Below, piece by piece: positions 1 to 9,677 of a stretch of DNA of 64,000 nucleotides (position 1 is the first letter of the stretch; each line of letters starts with the position of its first letter). Below the pieces are notes generated by a model. It ran no database searches, was not told the DNA's origin, and was given only the letters and a program-made list of their open reading frames with translations. The position numbers and the translations under genes were made by a program. The stretch lies in the IMG/VR virus record IMGVR_UViG_3300021197_000868, positions 40,931-104,930 of that record; one strand, given 5' to 3'. This stretch comes from a virus.

Positions 1-437
1 AAGCAGCCTCTTTAATGCTAAAGGGCGTAAAAGTCGGTATTGAAAGTGGTACACGTAGTATGTCAGACCCTAAACATCGTAAGCAAAGTGAAAAAGAATC
101 CGCTGGTATTATTGATGATGATGATGAAATGAACATTCTAAAGCCTCAAATGGTAAAGACTCTAAGTCGTATTGCTAACTTAGTAGATAAGGTAGCGAAA
201 GAAAAAATGTCAGGAAGAGTAGGCGCTCAAGGCTTCGGAATAGATGTAGGTGATGGTACTGAGTCACCTAGAGGCCCTACTTCTCTTACAAGTGAAGAGT
301 CACTACCTGACTGGGATATGTTGGAACGTCCTACCGAAGACCCCGAAGAAGAATACCCAGCGGCTCGTAGCAAGAGGCTAAAGCAAAAAAATAGAGAGGA
401 GTCTAACGTTTATGAAGGAGATGAGGAAAATGAGTGA
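1..437 (+). CDS. C-terminal part of a viral protein, 5'-truncated by the window edge
   Basis: The frame of ORF 15..437 is open back to position 3. Acidic low-complexity tail; lies directly upstream of the prohead protease. Confidence 0.6.
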   Translation, partial: AASLMLKGVKVGIESGTRSMSDPKHRKQSEKESAGIIDDDDEMNILKPQMVKTLSRIANLVDKVAKEKMSGRVGAQGFGIDVGDGTESPRGPTSLTSEESLPDWDMLERPTEDPEEEYPAARSKRLKQKNREESNVYEGDEENE

Positions 438-442
438 TGCCG

Positions 443-456
443 CTTTATTAATATAC
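443..456 (+). promoter_or_regulatory. Putative archaeal TATA box of the late (head) operon
   Basis: CTTTATTAATATAC sits in the only gap before the protease, ~15-30 nt upstream of a GAGGTG RBS (470-475). Confidence 0.5.
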
Positions 457-472
457 CAAAAGCAGACAAGAG

Positions 473-1864
473 GTGTTTAGTGTGTTACTCAGAACTCGAC
501 AAGACAACCTCTCCCTTCTCAAAGGGGGTAACGACCTCGTGGTCGCAGGTTACGCTAGTGTCGAACTGGTCGACAAGCAGGGGGATTTGATTACTCGGTC
601 AGCCTTGAAGGATGCCTTCAAGAAATACATGACAGAGCCTAAATACAGAAACGTGCAACTAGCACATTCTAACATTCAGGTAGGAGAAGTCATTCCACAA
701 TACACAGACAGTGAAGGGAGGTTATGGAAAAGCGAAGTTGACGATGCAGGAATGTTCGTCGTAGTTCAACTCAGAAATGACATCGAAAAAGCACGTGAAG
801 TGTCAGCAGAGGTCAGAAAGGGGAACTTAACGGGATTCAGCATCGGAGGACAAGCATTCAAGCGAGTTCGGAAACATGATAGCAGCCACGGCAATTATCA
901 AGAAATCAGCAAACTCGAACTCCATGAAATCACTATCTGCGAAAAAGGAATAAACCCTGAAGCAACATTCAAGATATTAAAAGAAGACAAAAATAAGGAG
1001 ATGAAGAAAATGGCAGATGATGTTATGGAACAGATGAACAGCGTTCTCGAGCGCTTGGAAGGGCGACTAGACTCAATGGAGAAGGGCGAATTACCACCTG
1101 CTCTAAAAGAGGCTATGAAAGATAAGAAAGGTAAGAAAGACGATGACAAAGACGAAGATAAGTCTGAGAAAGCGTACAAAGCCGATGATGATGAGAAAGA
1201 TGAGAAGAAAGATGAGAAGAAAAAATCTGAATACTCTGACGTTATATCTGCTGAATACCTAGATTGGATGGAGAACACTCTAAAGTCTGCTGGTGTAGAT
1301 ACTACAGGTGCAAGAAACCATTTCGATGGTATCAGTAAAGCAAACCTTGGTTCTACACCTGAAGAACTATCTGACTATGATTCTCGCTTCGCAGGACAAG
1401 TTAAGGGAAGAGCACAAGAAGGTGGCTCACCATCTACTAACGCACTAAGCCGTGCTGGTCTAACTCGTGGCGGCTCAGGCTCTGTAGAAAAGAGTGATTT
1501 CATCACATCTGTAGACCCTGCTTCACTAGAATACGCATACGAAGTCTTCAAGGCTGCAAAGCAAGAAGAGCAACTACGTAAGGGTATGGAAGTCAACTTC
1601 GAGTCTCGCTTCGCTCAAGAATCCAGTATGGAAATTGAAAAAGCAAAAGCACAGGCTTTCGATGCTCGCCAACCTCTTGATGAAGTCATGAAGGCTCTTG
1701 GAACACTTAATGAAAGAATCGACAACATCGGCTCTTCTGTAGAATCTTCTACAATCGCAAAATCCGCATCCACTGATTTCGAGGTCCCTTCTACGGCTGA
1801 CCTTGGTAACATGTCATGGGATGAAGTTCACCAACTCGCTGGAGGATTATTCCGAGGCGAGTGA
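473..1864 (+). CDS. HK97-family prohead protease fused to a scaffold domain (start probably GTG 482)
   Basis: Motifs VAGYASVELVDKQGD, LAHSN (His), GFSIGG (Ser) and LHEITIC. Charged, coiled-coil-like C-terminal half. Immediately upstream of the capsid gene. Confidence 0.9.
   Translation: MFSVLLRTRQDNLSLLKGGNDLVVAGYASVELVDKQGDLITRSALKDAFKKYMTEPKYRNVQLAHSNIQVGEVIPQYTDSEGRLWKSEVDDAGMFVVVQLRNDIEKAREVSAEVRKGNLTGFSIGGQAFKRVRKHDSSHGNYQEISKLELHEITICEKGINPEATFKILKEDKNKEMKKMADDVMEQMNSVLERLEGRLDSMEKGELPPALKEAMKDKKGKKDDDKDEDKSEKAYKADDDEKDEKKDEKKKSEYSDVISAEYLDWMENTLKSAGVDTTGARNHFDGISKANLGSTPEELSDYDSRFAGQVKGRAQEGGSPSTNALSRAGLTRGGSGSVEKSDFITSVDPASLEYAYEVFKAAKQEEQLRKGMEVNFESRFAQESSMEIEKAKAQAFDARQPLDEVMKALGTLNERIDNIGSSVESSTIAKSASTDFEVPSTADLGNMSWDEVHQLAGGLFRGE
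1010..1864 (+). CDS. Probable nested in-frame scaffolding protein (internal start)
   Basis: AAAATAAGGAGATGA at 990-1004 is identical to the leaders of the capsid gene and the next gene, and is followed by an in-frame ATG just after the protease domain. Confidence 0.6.
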   Translation: MADDVMEQMNSVLERLEGRLDSMEKGELPPALKEAMKDKKGKKDDDKDEDKSEKAYKADDDEKDEKKDEKKKSEYSDVISAEYLDWMENTLKSAGVDTTGARNHFDGISKANLGSTPEELSDYDSRFAGQVKGRAQEGGSPSTNALSRAGLTRGGSGSVEKSDFITSVDPASLEYAYEVFKAAKQEEQLRKGMEVNFESRFAQESSMEIEKAKAQAFDARQPLDEVMKALGTLNERIDNIGSSVESSTIAKSASTDFEVPSTADLGNMSWDEVHQLAGGLFRGE

Positions 1865-1905
1865 AACTCAATAACTAAGAAATGAAAATAAGGAGATGAA
1901 AAAAT

Positions 1906-3081
1906 ATGGCACGAAATTACGTACGAACAGTCACTGATATGGAGAGATACTACTATGGCGCAGGAAACGCTATGGGTTACTCTTACTCAGGAAGCGAGTT
2001 ATTGAAAGCAGACTCACCTATGATGTCTACAACCGCAGGAACCTACCAAGCAATCTATGGTCGCAAGGTATGGTCACAGTTGAACCAAGAGTTCAACGCA
2101 TTCTCTATCATGCCAAAGCGCCCTTGGGACCGCAGTGGATGGAGAGTTATTACTGACAAGCCTAACGCAGGAGTTGTCCACGGTGGAATTGCAGAGAACG
2201 GTACACTACCTGACACTGTAAAGCCTGTGTTCCAACATGTTGCTGCAAAGCCTAAGACAATCGCTCACTCATTCGATGTAAGCGAAGTCGCTGTATTCCT
2301 TGCTGACAAGGATGACGGTATGGGTGACATGCGCTCAGTTCTTAAAGAAGAAATGGGTAAGCACCACGCTGAAATGGTAAACAAGATGCTTCTTACTGAC
2401 TCTGAAACAGTAGCAGGTAACAACTTTGAATCACTTGACCGAATCACCGGAAACGACGGTGGCTCTTCCGGTGGACTAACATCTATGGAAACTGGCGGCT
2501 CAGCAGGTACAGACCACTGTGGCGCAACAGACCTTGACATCTACAGCATTGACCGAAGTGCAAACGCATGGTCTAACGCTGTTGTAAACTGTGGTAGCGA
2601 CAGAGCATCCGGTAACCGCCGTACTATGTCACTTGACCAACTAGATGACACATTCCAGCGAATGTGGGAACTTGGTGGTAATCCAAAGGTTATCCTAACT
2701 GGATATGACACTCTAATGAGACTACAGCAATTGCTACAGGCTCAGCAAAGGTTCATGGAAGAGAAGAGAGTTACACCTACCTACAACGGTGTTAAAGGTG
2801 TACCGGGTATTGAAGCAGGTTTCATTGTAGCAACCTACAACGGTGTCCCAATCATTCCTTCTAAGGACGTTGAAAAGGACGGCATCAGTAGAATGTACTT
2901 CCTTGACACTGACTATCTATACTTCTCTACAGCAATACCTACTCAATACTTTGAGTCAGGAATCGAGACTGGCGACCCGTTCGCAATTAACAGACTAGGA
3001 CAGGAAGGACTTTACCGTACAATGGGTGAAGTTTGGACTACCTTCTTCCGTGCTCAGGGTAGCGTAAGGGACTTGAAGTGA
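1906..3081 (+). CDS. Major capsid protein (HK97 fold)
   Basis: 391 aa after the protease; strong RBS; E-loop-like GGIAENGTLP segment; YNGVPIIPS..YFLD pattern near the C-terminus; biased codon use. Confidence 0.88.
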   Translation: MARNYVRTVTDMERYYYGAGNAMGYSYSGSELLKADSPMMSTTAGTYQAIYGRKVWSQLNQEFNAFSIMPKRPWDRSGWRVITDKPNAGVVHGGIAENGTLPDTVKPVFQHVAAKPKTIAHSFDVSEVAVFLADKDDGMGDMRSVLKEEMGKHHAEMVNKMLLTDSETVAGNNFESLDRITGNDGGSSGGLTSMETGGSAGTDHCGATDLDIYSIDRSANAWSNAVVNCGSDRASGNRRTMSLDQLDDTFQRMWELGGNPKVILTGYDTLMRLQQLLQAQQRFMEEKRVTPTYNGVKGVPGIEAGFIVATYNGVPIIPSKDVEKDGISRMYFLDTDYLYFSTAIPTQYFESGIETGDPFAINRLGQEGLYRTMGEVWTTFFRAQGSVRDLK

Positions 3082-3119
3082 TGTGGAGATTAGGAATTAA
3101 AATAAGGAGATGATGAATT

Positions 3120-3548
3120 ATGACAGCAGTATCATACACAAACAATGGATTGACGTTCGCATACGATGATGGAGACATTACTGATTTAGAAGTAGTGCTC
3201 GATTTAGATATGCGTACAGGAACACTTGTAGACGAAACAGCATGGCTTGACGGCGGTGCAGCAGCGGGCTCTTATCCGGGCGCACTTGCTGGCTTTCAAG
3301 CAAAGAACAGTAACACTACAGACGCTAATGGTAGCCTTCGTTTAGTCACGGTCAAGTACGACCTTGAAGCGGCGGCAACAGAAGCATTCACTATGAGTGG
3401 TAACATCAGTAAGATTGTAACCATCGTAGGAAACGCTTACCCTACAGCAGATAAAACATTCTCAGTTACTTTTAGCGGATTGGTTGTAACCTCTCACGCA
3501 GAAGCAGCAGCAGATAACTGTTACTTAACAATGTTAATACTTGGTTGA
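3120..3548 (+). CDS. Putative virion protein (capsid decoration/cement candidate)
   Basis: Same strong leader as the capsid gene; beta-rich, Ala/Thr-rich; directly after the capsid gene. Confidence 0.55.
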   Translation: MTAVSYTNNGLTFAYDDGDITDLEVVLDLDMRTGTLVDETAWLDGGAAAGSYPGALAGFQAKNSNTTDANGSLRLVTVKYDLEAAATEAFTMSGNISKIVTIVGNAYPTADKTFSVTFSGLVVTSHAEAAADNCYLTMLILG

Positions 3549-3973
3549 AGGTGCTTAACGTGCCTATAATAACATATATTGGGCGTTCTCACACACGCAG
3601 AGCGACTGATGCAAAGATGAGAGATTGGGAGCAGAATAGACCAGTCGAAGTAACTTCGGCTTGGCTTGACCACTACTCCCCTCGTCTAGGAGAAACAGAC
3701 TTCAGGATAGAAGGTTGGTCGGTAGATGATGCTGAACTACGTGGTACTACCGATAAAGGTGGAGACGGAATACCTGATGAAGGATGGGCTCGCAAAGACA
3801 TAGCAAAGTGGTTAGCCACTTATGATATTAAACCAAGAGGTTATGCAACCAAAACTCAATTACTTGAGTTAGTTGAAACTGTAATGGGACCTGATGGGGT
3901 CGCTGAAACAGAAGAACTAGTAGCAGAGACTCAAGAGGCAGAAGAAGAAACTCAAGAAGGAGATGATGAATAA
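3545..3973 (+). CDS. Protein with HeH/LEM-like helical motif and acidic tail (start probably GTG 3560)
   Basis: WARKDIAKWLATYDIKPRGYATKTQLLELV resembles the HeH/Rho-N pattern. Confidence 0.55.
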   Translation: MKVLNVPIITYIGRSHTRRATDAKMRDWEQNRPVEVTSAWLDHYSPRLGETDFRIEGWSVDDAELRGTTDKGGDGIPDEGWARKDIAKWLATYDIKPRGYATKTQLLELVETVMGPDGVAETEELVAETQEAEEETQEGDDE

Positions 3974-4299
3974 TGGCAGTAACGATAGACCCAAGACCGA
4001 CATATTTCGGTGACAGAATGATAGTAACAGGCTCATACGCCGCTGGTGATAACGCAATTGATTTGAGTAGCGTATTAGCAAGTATTGACTTTGCAGGTGC
4101 AAACTCAAGCGGTATAATCGCATCAAGACCAATTACAGATACAGGTGGTACTGCTGACGAACAAGAAGTAGTCTTTGCACCTGATGTACGAATTGATGGT
4201 ACAACTATCCGTATTGCGGGTGGTTTGGCTGATGGCACAATCGCTAACACAAACCCTGCACAGGCTGGAACTTTTATCGCAATTGGTCGCCGCTCTTAA
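3973..4299 (+). CDS. Hypothetical virion protein
   Basis: TAATG overlap with the upstream gene; GGAGATGA RBS. Confidence 0.7.
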   Translation: MAVTIDPRPTYFGDRMIVTGSYAAGDNAIDLSSVLASIDFAGANSSGIIASRPITDTGGTADEQEVVFAPDVRIDGTTIRIAGGLADGTIANTNPAQAGTFIAIGRRS

Positions 4300-4310
4300 G
4301 GTGACTAATC

Positions 4311-4505
4311 ATGGCTAACTTAACACCTAAATACAAGGTAGTGGGGCCATTCTCTCCAGTAGAGTTTGCTACTCCCGCTGACTTAACAACCGCTATTGAA
4401 ACAGCAGTTGGTACAATAGGCGACGCTTCTTCTACTACCAGTTTAGTCGCATCTGACCCCATAACGGTCTTAGGTAACATTTACATTATTGTAGCCTATG
4501 TCTGA
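4311..4505 (+). CDS. Small hypothetical virion protein
   Basis: AGGTGA RBS; within the operon. Confidence 0.65.
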   Translation: MANLTPKYKVVGPFSPVEFATPADLTTAIETAVGTIGDASSTTSLVASDPITVLGNIYIIVAYV

Positions 4506-4520
4506 GTGTGGGGGAGATGA

Positions 4521-4820
4521 ATGGGCTTAGAGATTTCAACTATTGACTTCGACGACATTAGTCGTTTTCAGAAACAGGCATTACGTTCAGATGTAAGCAT
4601 GGATTTGTCAGCGTTTGTTGACCCCGATAATCCACTGAAAGGCATTACAAATGAACAGCGTAATCGCAATAGCGAGGCTGCTGATATACTCAATATAGGT
4701 TCAGGTACAAGGTGTACGCACTGTGGTATGCTCCATTTCTTATGGCGTGAAACATGCGCTACTTGTAAGAAACCTATGGAATATAATCTTGCTACTAGGA
4801 ATGAGGAGGCTCGTGAGTAA
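4521..4820 (+). CDS. Zinc-ribbon protein
   Basis: CTHC...CATC; GGAGATGA RBS. Confidence 0.7.
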   Translation: MGLEISTIDFDDISRFQKQALRSDVSMDLSAFVDPDNPLKGITNEQRNRNSEAADILNIGSGTRCTHCGMLHFLWRETCATCKKPMEYNLATRNEEARE

Positions 4821-6397
4821 TGCCTTCAGTATACAGTCCGGGTGAAGGCGAAACTCGCCCTCTTAATCCCAGTGATACTGTGTACACTACTCCTCAAAAG
4901 GTGGCAGATTACCTTGGTATCGGGCCACAAGAACCAGTTGCCACATCAGCAGATTCTGTATCAGACGGTGTATTTATCACTGGTGAAGACTATCGTAGAT
5001 GCGGTACTGAAGTAGATGATACTATTCTCATCTACAGTGATGCTAACCCACTTGGTGTTGAGAAAACAGTTACTGCTATCGCTAATGGCGGGACAAGTGG
5101 GGTCAAATTAACATTCACAGGGTCTTTTACTCATGCTGACTTTGAGGCCGCTGATAACACATACGTGCAGAATCTAGCATCTTTTACTAACGCTAAAGTT
5201 GGAAGACAGCGTGGTGTTACTAAGGCTATTGTGCAAAATCGTATTCGTGAAGTACAGGATAAGATTGACAACATCACTCACAATGCTTGGCGACCTTACT
5301 TAGTGTCGGCTGAGTACATCAACTTTGATACTTACAAACCGTATCGCCGTCGATACTATACAGATTATGTTGGTACTGCTCCGCTTCTATTCCGTAATGT
5401 TCAGCAGATTCTAAGACTAGAACTATGGCAAGGTGATGACTATCGTGAGATAGGTGCTGCTGAGGCTCGTGTTGCTATACCTGATGACCCTAGAAGCGTA
5501 AGCGGGTCATTAGTATTCAGTCCGGGTAATGGTAGTGCTGCTGTATTAACAGCAGGTACTGCTACTACTCAATGGCGTGCTGACTTTGACGCTGGGACCA
5601 CTGCTCAGAATCTTGCTGATTTAATCAACAAAGAGGATAGAGTTAGTAAAGGAGCAGTTGAGTTCAGCCCTGCATTTACATTAGAAGGTAGCACTAGTAA
5701 CATAAGCGTCAATAACGAGTTCTTCGCTTCTGCTAATTCTGACTATGGGACAGGTGTCGTTAAAATAACCAGTAGAAGACCAGTCAAGGCTGGAGAAACG
5801 TGTAGCATCGTCTCTACAGACAGCACAGTGTCTATTTCGCAGACTCAAGTTAACACAGCCACTGTTAGTGGTGTTGTCTCTACTACAATCACTGTAGATT
5901 CAGCCGATGGTTTCGCTCCTGCTGGAGTCTGTAAAGATGCTAGTGGTGATGTTTTCAGGTACACTGGTACTACCGCTACAACATTTACTGGTTGTGTGAT
6001 TGTAATTGGAAGCGCTCTTAGTGATATTAGTGGTGAAATTACCCAGCATACTTTACAAGTTGACTTACAGGGCGGAAGTGCTAGTGGAGACAATGCTCGT
6101 TTGCGTGATTGGTGGATGGACTATGAAACTGGCATTATCTACTTCAACAACTCATATCCATTCTTTGAGTGGAACGCTATCAAAGTTTCTTACATCTATG
6201 GTGAGCGTTATCTTGAGAAGGCCATAGAAGAAGTTGCTACGAAGATGGTAGTAATTGACCTACTAATGTCCGATGACCGTACTGTGTTGTTACCTGAAGG
6301 GAGTAGTAATATCGACTTAACCGCTAAGGTACAGTTACTACAATCAGAAATTGATAAGATTCTTCCACGTTATCAAGAAATGGTTCTCTTTGAGTGA
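4820..6397 (+). CDS. Putative head-tail adaptor/connector with inserted beta domains
   Basis: N-terminal YTTPQKVADYLG, central IREVQDKIDNIT..W and C-terminal IKVSYIYG..AIEEVATKMV resemble gp6/gp15-like adaptors; position fits. Confidence 0.6.
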   Translation: MPSVYSPGEGETRPLNPSDTVYTTPQKVADYLGIGPQEPVATSADSVSDGVFITGEDYRRCGTEVDDTILIYSDANPLGVEKTVTAIANGGTSGVKLTFTGSFTHADFEAADNTYVQNLASFTNAKVGRQRGVTKAIVQNRIREVQDKIDNITHNAWRPYLVSAEYINFDTYKPYRRRYYTDYVGTAPLLFRNVQQILRLELWQGDDYREIGAAEARVAIPDDPRSVSGSLVFSPGNGSAAVLTAGTATTQWRADFDAGTTAQNLADLINKEDRVSKGAVEFSPAFTLEGSTSNISVNNEFFASANSDYGTGVVKITSRRPVKAGETCSIVSTDSTVSISQTQVNTATVSGVVSTTITVDSADGFAPAGVCKDASGDVFRYTGTTATTFTGCVIVIGSALSDISGEITQHTLQVDLQGGSASGDNARLRDWWMDYETGIIYFNNSYPFFEWNAIKVSYIYGERYLEKAIEEVATKMVVIDLLMSDDRTVLLPEGSSNIDLTAKVQLLQSEIDKILPRYQEMVLFE

Positions 6398-6402
6398 TGT
6401 AA

Positions 6403-6747
6403 ATGCCTAAAGATGAGTTTGATGAGTTGATGGATGACCATTTCACTTATGAAATGCTAAAACCTTCTTATCAAAAAGAACTTCATCAAATAGTAACTCA
6501 GTCACCTGAGAGTTTTCGTAGAGTTGTTGAGCAACAAGAATTGGGTCTTGATGGTATAAATAAAAACGAGGCGGGTGAATATGAGCAACGTGGTAATTCT
6601 CCCGACCCCATTGTTCTTAAAGCAGCATTGGATAGGGTAGATAAGCGGATGCTTAGGGAATCACCGGCTTTGATAACTCACAAATTAAAGTTCATGGGTG
6701 GGAATCTAGTACCGGATAAGAAAGCGTACGAGAGGGAGGTCAGGTAA
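6403..6747 (+). CDS. Hypothetical protein (head-tail joining region)
   Basis: Operon position; TAATG coupling to the next gene. Confidence 0.65.
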   Translation: MPKDEFDELMDDHFTYEMLKPSYQKELHQIVTQSPESFRRVVEQQELGLDGINKNEAGEYEQRGNSPDPIVLKAALDRVDKRMLRESPALITHKLKFMGGNLVPDKKAYEREVR

Positions 6748-7193
6748 TGGTAGCAACATGGACTGAATCTATCGACGTTATCCTAGATGTATTAGGTGAT
6801 TGGAATCGTGCCAATACGTCTAACATTAAACCCATAATAGCAGACATCGCTACTACTTCTCCTGAGCGTGGTAAGCGCATAGATATGAAAAAGTCCGACT
6901 ACATTCTATGCTATGAGACGGCGCACAATGAAGAAGCACCTGAATTACTCTATGATTTCGTGACAACACGTGTAAACATCACAGTTGATTTACGAACTAC
7001 CAAATCTCGAAAGCACATGCAAGCGATGGAAAACGAGGTACGTCGCCTCATTCATACAAAGCGCAAAGGTGATGGTACATCCTTTGACCGCCTTGTTTTC
7101 AAGACTCGTACGGACCTTTCAGACCGTACAAAACATCTTTTTCGCAAGACCTTCCAAATAGAAGTAGTTATCTTTGCGGAGTTAGTGCCATAA
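6747..7193 (+). CDS. Putative tail terminator/completion protein
   Basis: 148 aa directly before the tail tube; alternating strand/helix pattern VNITVDLRT...FRKTFQIEV. Confidence 0.55.
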   Translation: MVATWTESIDVILDVLGDWNRANTSNIKPIIADIATTSPERGKRIDMKKSDYILCYETAHNEEAPELLYDFVTTRVNITVDLRTTKSRKHMQAMENEVRRLIHTKRKGDGTSFDRLVFKTRTDLSDRTKHLFRKTFQIEVVIFAELVP

Positions 7194-7194
7194 G

Positions 7195-9171
7195 GTGAGC
7201 CGAATGCCGTCAACAGTCTATAAGGGAGATTTAACCGAGATTTCTTTCGGTCACGAAACATCATTACAACTAACACATCACTATGATGCTAGTAATTCTT
7301 TTACATATGAACATGAGGCTACTGACGCTGCTGCTGGAACCAGCACAATACGCTTGGCCGGTGGTGCTTCTGATACTCCTGTTGAAAGCGGCGTACTTCA
7401 ACTACCACGTGGTATGTTGGTTGGTGCAAAATTAAGCATCATAGGAGCAACTAACTTCGCATCAGATGATGCTACGTCAACTGGTAAGGTCTTTACTGTA
7501 GTGCAACATCACACTGGGACTGGTGGGAGTGCTGTTGAAACTGACTTTGTAGTCACTCCTGCTCTTTCCACAGGCACAGGTATTCTTAGTAGTGCAGGTG
7601 GAGCCCTCCACTTCCACGCTTTTACTCTACCATCTGTTGATGTAGGTATGGGTTATCATGATACTCCTAACGCTTCTAGTGAGTCAGTGCTTACTGACCA
7701 GTTTGTCGGCCTAGCAGCCACAGTTACACTCCCTGAGACGAAAGTTGACCTGAAGCGATACCATGTCGTGGGGCTCGGTAGAGATGTCGCTGTACAAGTA
7801 CCGGGTCGTTTCGTCAATGAAGGGGGGTCTTTTGAAGTCAATATGCACAATCCTCGTTGGTTGTATTACTGTCTTGGTATGGAAGCGATTGACGTTGGTA
7901 CAACATACGATTCTCTTTGTGATACAAATAACGATTTCAAATTAAACGGCTCTACGAAGGTTGGAGCGTCAACAATCATTTATGATGGTACAAACGCTCC
8001 TCCTAACTTTGGCTCCGCTGGTAGTGACCCAGTTGTAGCAGGTGATTATGTTATCATCAAAGATACTACTGCTGCTGATGTAATCACATACGATGCACCT
8101 GATAGCGGGAATAAGTTTGGTGCTGTTAGTAACCCGGAGACTACATACTTTGATACAACAGAAACTAGTGAAATCCGCCGTATTGTAGCAATTACAGCAA
8201 CACATATTTTCCTAGATGATGGATTATTATTCCCACATGATGATGACAAAGACATCAAGTTCGCTAGATTCACTAGTGGTTCTACTCTAGGTAGTCCTAA
8301 CCGTGCTTCAAGCGGTACTCTAACCAATGGTGTTACACGCCTTCTATATTCTCGCAGTAGCGTACCTTCTTTCGCTATGGAAGTTAGCATTCGTCGTCGT
8401 GATAGTGACGGCTCTGTAGACAATGTGGCTGACGGTGGTGCTACAGATACAAAGCAACTAACACGTGTATTCCGTGGATGTAAGGTAAAGGACTTCAGCC
8501 TAACTGCTGATACCGATGCTGCATTAAGACTAACAGTAAACTTTGATTCTGCTCTATGTTATACTGACACAGGTCGTCTTGAAGATGTCTCAACTAAAGG
8601 TGACAGATACAATGCTCACCGTATGTTTGAAGACACCGCTAATACAGACGCTAAGCGTAAAGAGTCCGGTATTGAAAAGGGCACACAAAAACCATACATG
8701 TTCTACAACGGTACAATTGATGTTGCTGGAGTAAGAGTAGGTCAAGTAGTATCTTTCACTTTGAACGGCTCTACTGGAGTACAACAGTTTTACACAATCA
8801 ACGGTGCTCCTACTACAGATGCTGCTACTGACCAAGTACCATTCGCAGGTGCTCGTAACGCTTCTATTGCAGTTGAAGGTAAGACTGAATACAGTATGGA
8901 TATGGAAATTATAGTAGACGACCCTATCTTTTACCATAAAATGCGTAGAGGAGTAGACCACGATGCCACTAGTGCTAACATGATTAGACTATCATTTACT
9001 AAAGCAGGTACTGCTAGTACACGTGAACGCATTGACATTCTACTCGATGATTACGTTATTATAGAAGCCCCACTTCCTATTCCTGAAGATAAAGGCCCTA
9101 TCCGTGCCCCTTTGAAGATTATGCCTAAAGCCATCCGTGTGATTTCAAGAGACACGCTATTCCATTGTTGA
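7195..9171 (+). CDS. Major tail (tube) protein with insertions (start probably ATG 7204)
   Basis: Tube-like segments EGGSFEVNM, PSFAMEV..RVFRGCKVKDFSLTA and VVSFTLNG; precedes the chaperone and tape-measure genes; no sheath gene seen. Confidence 0.7.
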   Translation: MSRMPSTVYKGDLTEISFGHETSLQLTHHYDASNSFTYEHEATDAAAGTSTIRLAGGASDTPVESGVLQLPRGMLVGAKLSIIGATNFASDDATSTGKVFTVVQHHTGTGGSAVETDFVVTPALSTGTGILSSAGGALHFHAFTLPSVDVGMGYHDTPNASSESVLTDQFVGLAATVTLPETKVDLKRYHVVGLGRDVAVQVPGRFVNEGGSFEVNMHNPRWLYYCLGMEAIDVGTTYDSLCDTNNDFKLNGSTKVGASTIIYDGTNAPPNFGSAGSDPVVAGDYVIIKDTTAADVITYDAPDSGNKFGAVSNPETTYFDTTETSEIRRIVAITATHIFLDDGLLFPHDDDKDIKFARFTSGSTLGSPNRASSGTLTNGVTRLLYSRSSVPSFAMEVSIRRRDSDGSVDNVADGGATDTKQLTRVFRGCKVKDFSLTADTDAALRLTVNFDSALCYTDTGRLEDVSTKGDRYNAHRMFEDTANTDAKRKESGIEKGTQKPYMFYNGTIDVAGVRVGQVVSFTLNGSTGVQQFYTINGAPTTDAATDQVPFAGARNASIAVEGKTEYSMDMEIIVDDPIFYHKMRRGVDHDATSANMIRLSFTKAGTASTRERIDILLDDYVIIEAPLPIPEDKGPIRAPLKIMPKAIRVISRDTLFHC

Positions 9172-9182
9172 GGTGAATAAAA

Positions 9183-9677
9183 ATGCCAAGTCCATCAGAA
9201 TGTGTAACTAAATACCGTCGTTTATCTAACGAAGACTTTGCTATTTGGTATGGGAATACTTTAGGAGTGGATGCAGAAGTCAGCGCTCTTTTAGCGCAGC
9301 ATCGTACACGTAAGAGCATTCAGATAGCGATAGATGCTTTAGTACCTGCTCCTGTAGTAGAGGTTGAATCTGTAGAAGACATCCCTAATTCACAAGACTT
9401 CCCTTCTGATTTATCATACGATGCTATGTCGTTAAATGAACTCCGAGAGGAGTGTAAAAACCGTGAATTACCTGTTTCCGGTACAAAGGCTCAGTTGAGC
9501 CTACGCTTGAAGCGTGACGATGAAGGTATATCCGAGTCCCTGACTGAAACTGAAGCCCCCGAGGAATCGGCTGCTGAAGTTGAGTCGGACACCCCCGCTG
9601 AAGAAGCGGCTGTGACCATAGGTGAGACAAATGCCGACAATATCGAACAAGAATCTATTACTGAGACAGAAGAATGA
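9183..9677 (+). CDS. SAP-domain protein
   Basis: YDAMSLNELREECKNRELPVSGTKAQLSLRL is a close SAP consensus match; acidic flanks. Confidence 0.8.
   Translation: MPSPSECVTKYRRLSNEDFAIWYGNTLGVDAEVSALLAQHRTRKSIQIAIDALVPAPVVEVESVEDIPNSQDFPSDLSYDAMSLNELREECKNRELPVSGTKAQLSLRLKRDDEGISESLTETEAPEESAAEVESDTPAEEAAVTIGETNADNIEQESITETEE

Noticed and set aside
1110-1230. GAT/GAA/AAG-rich quasi-repeat
   Set aside because: Encodes a Lys/Asp/Glu low-complexity linker in the scaffold; not a DNA-level element.
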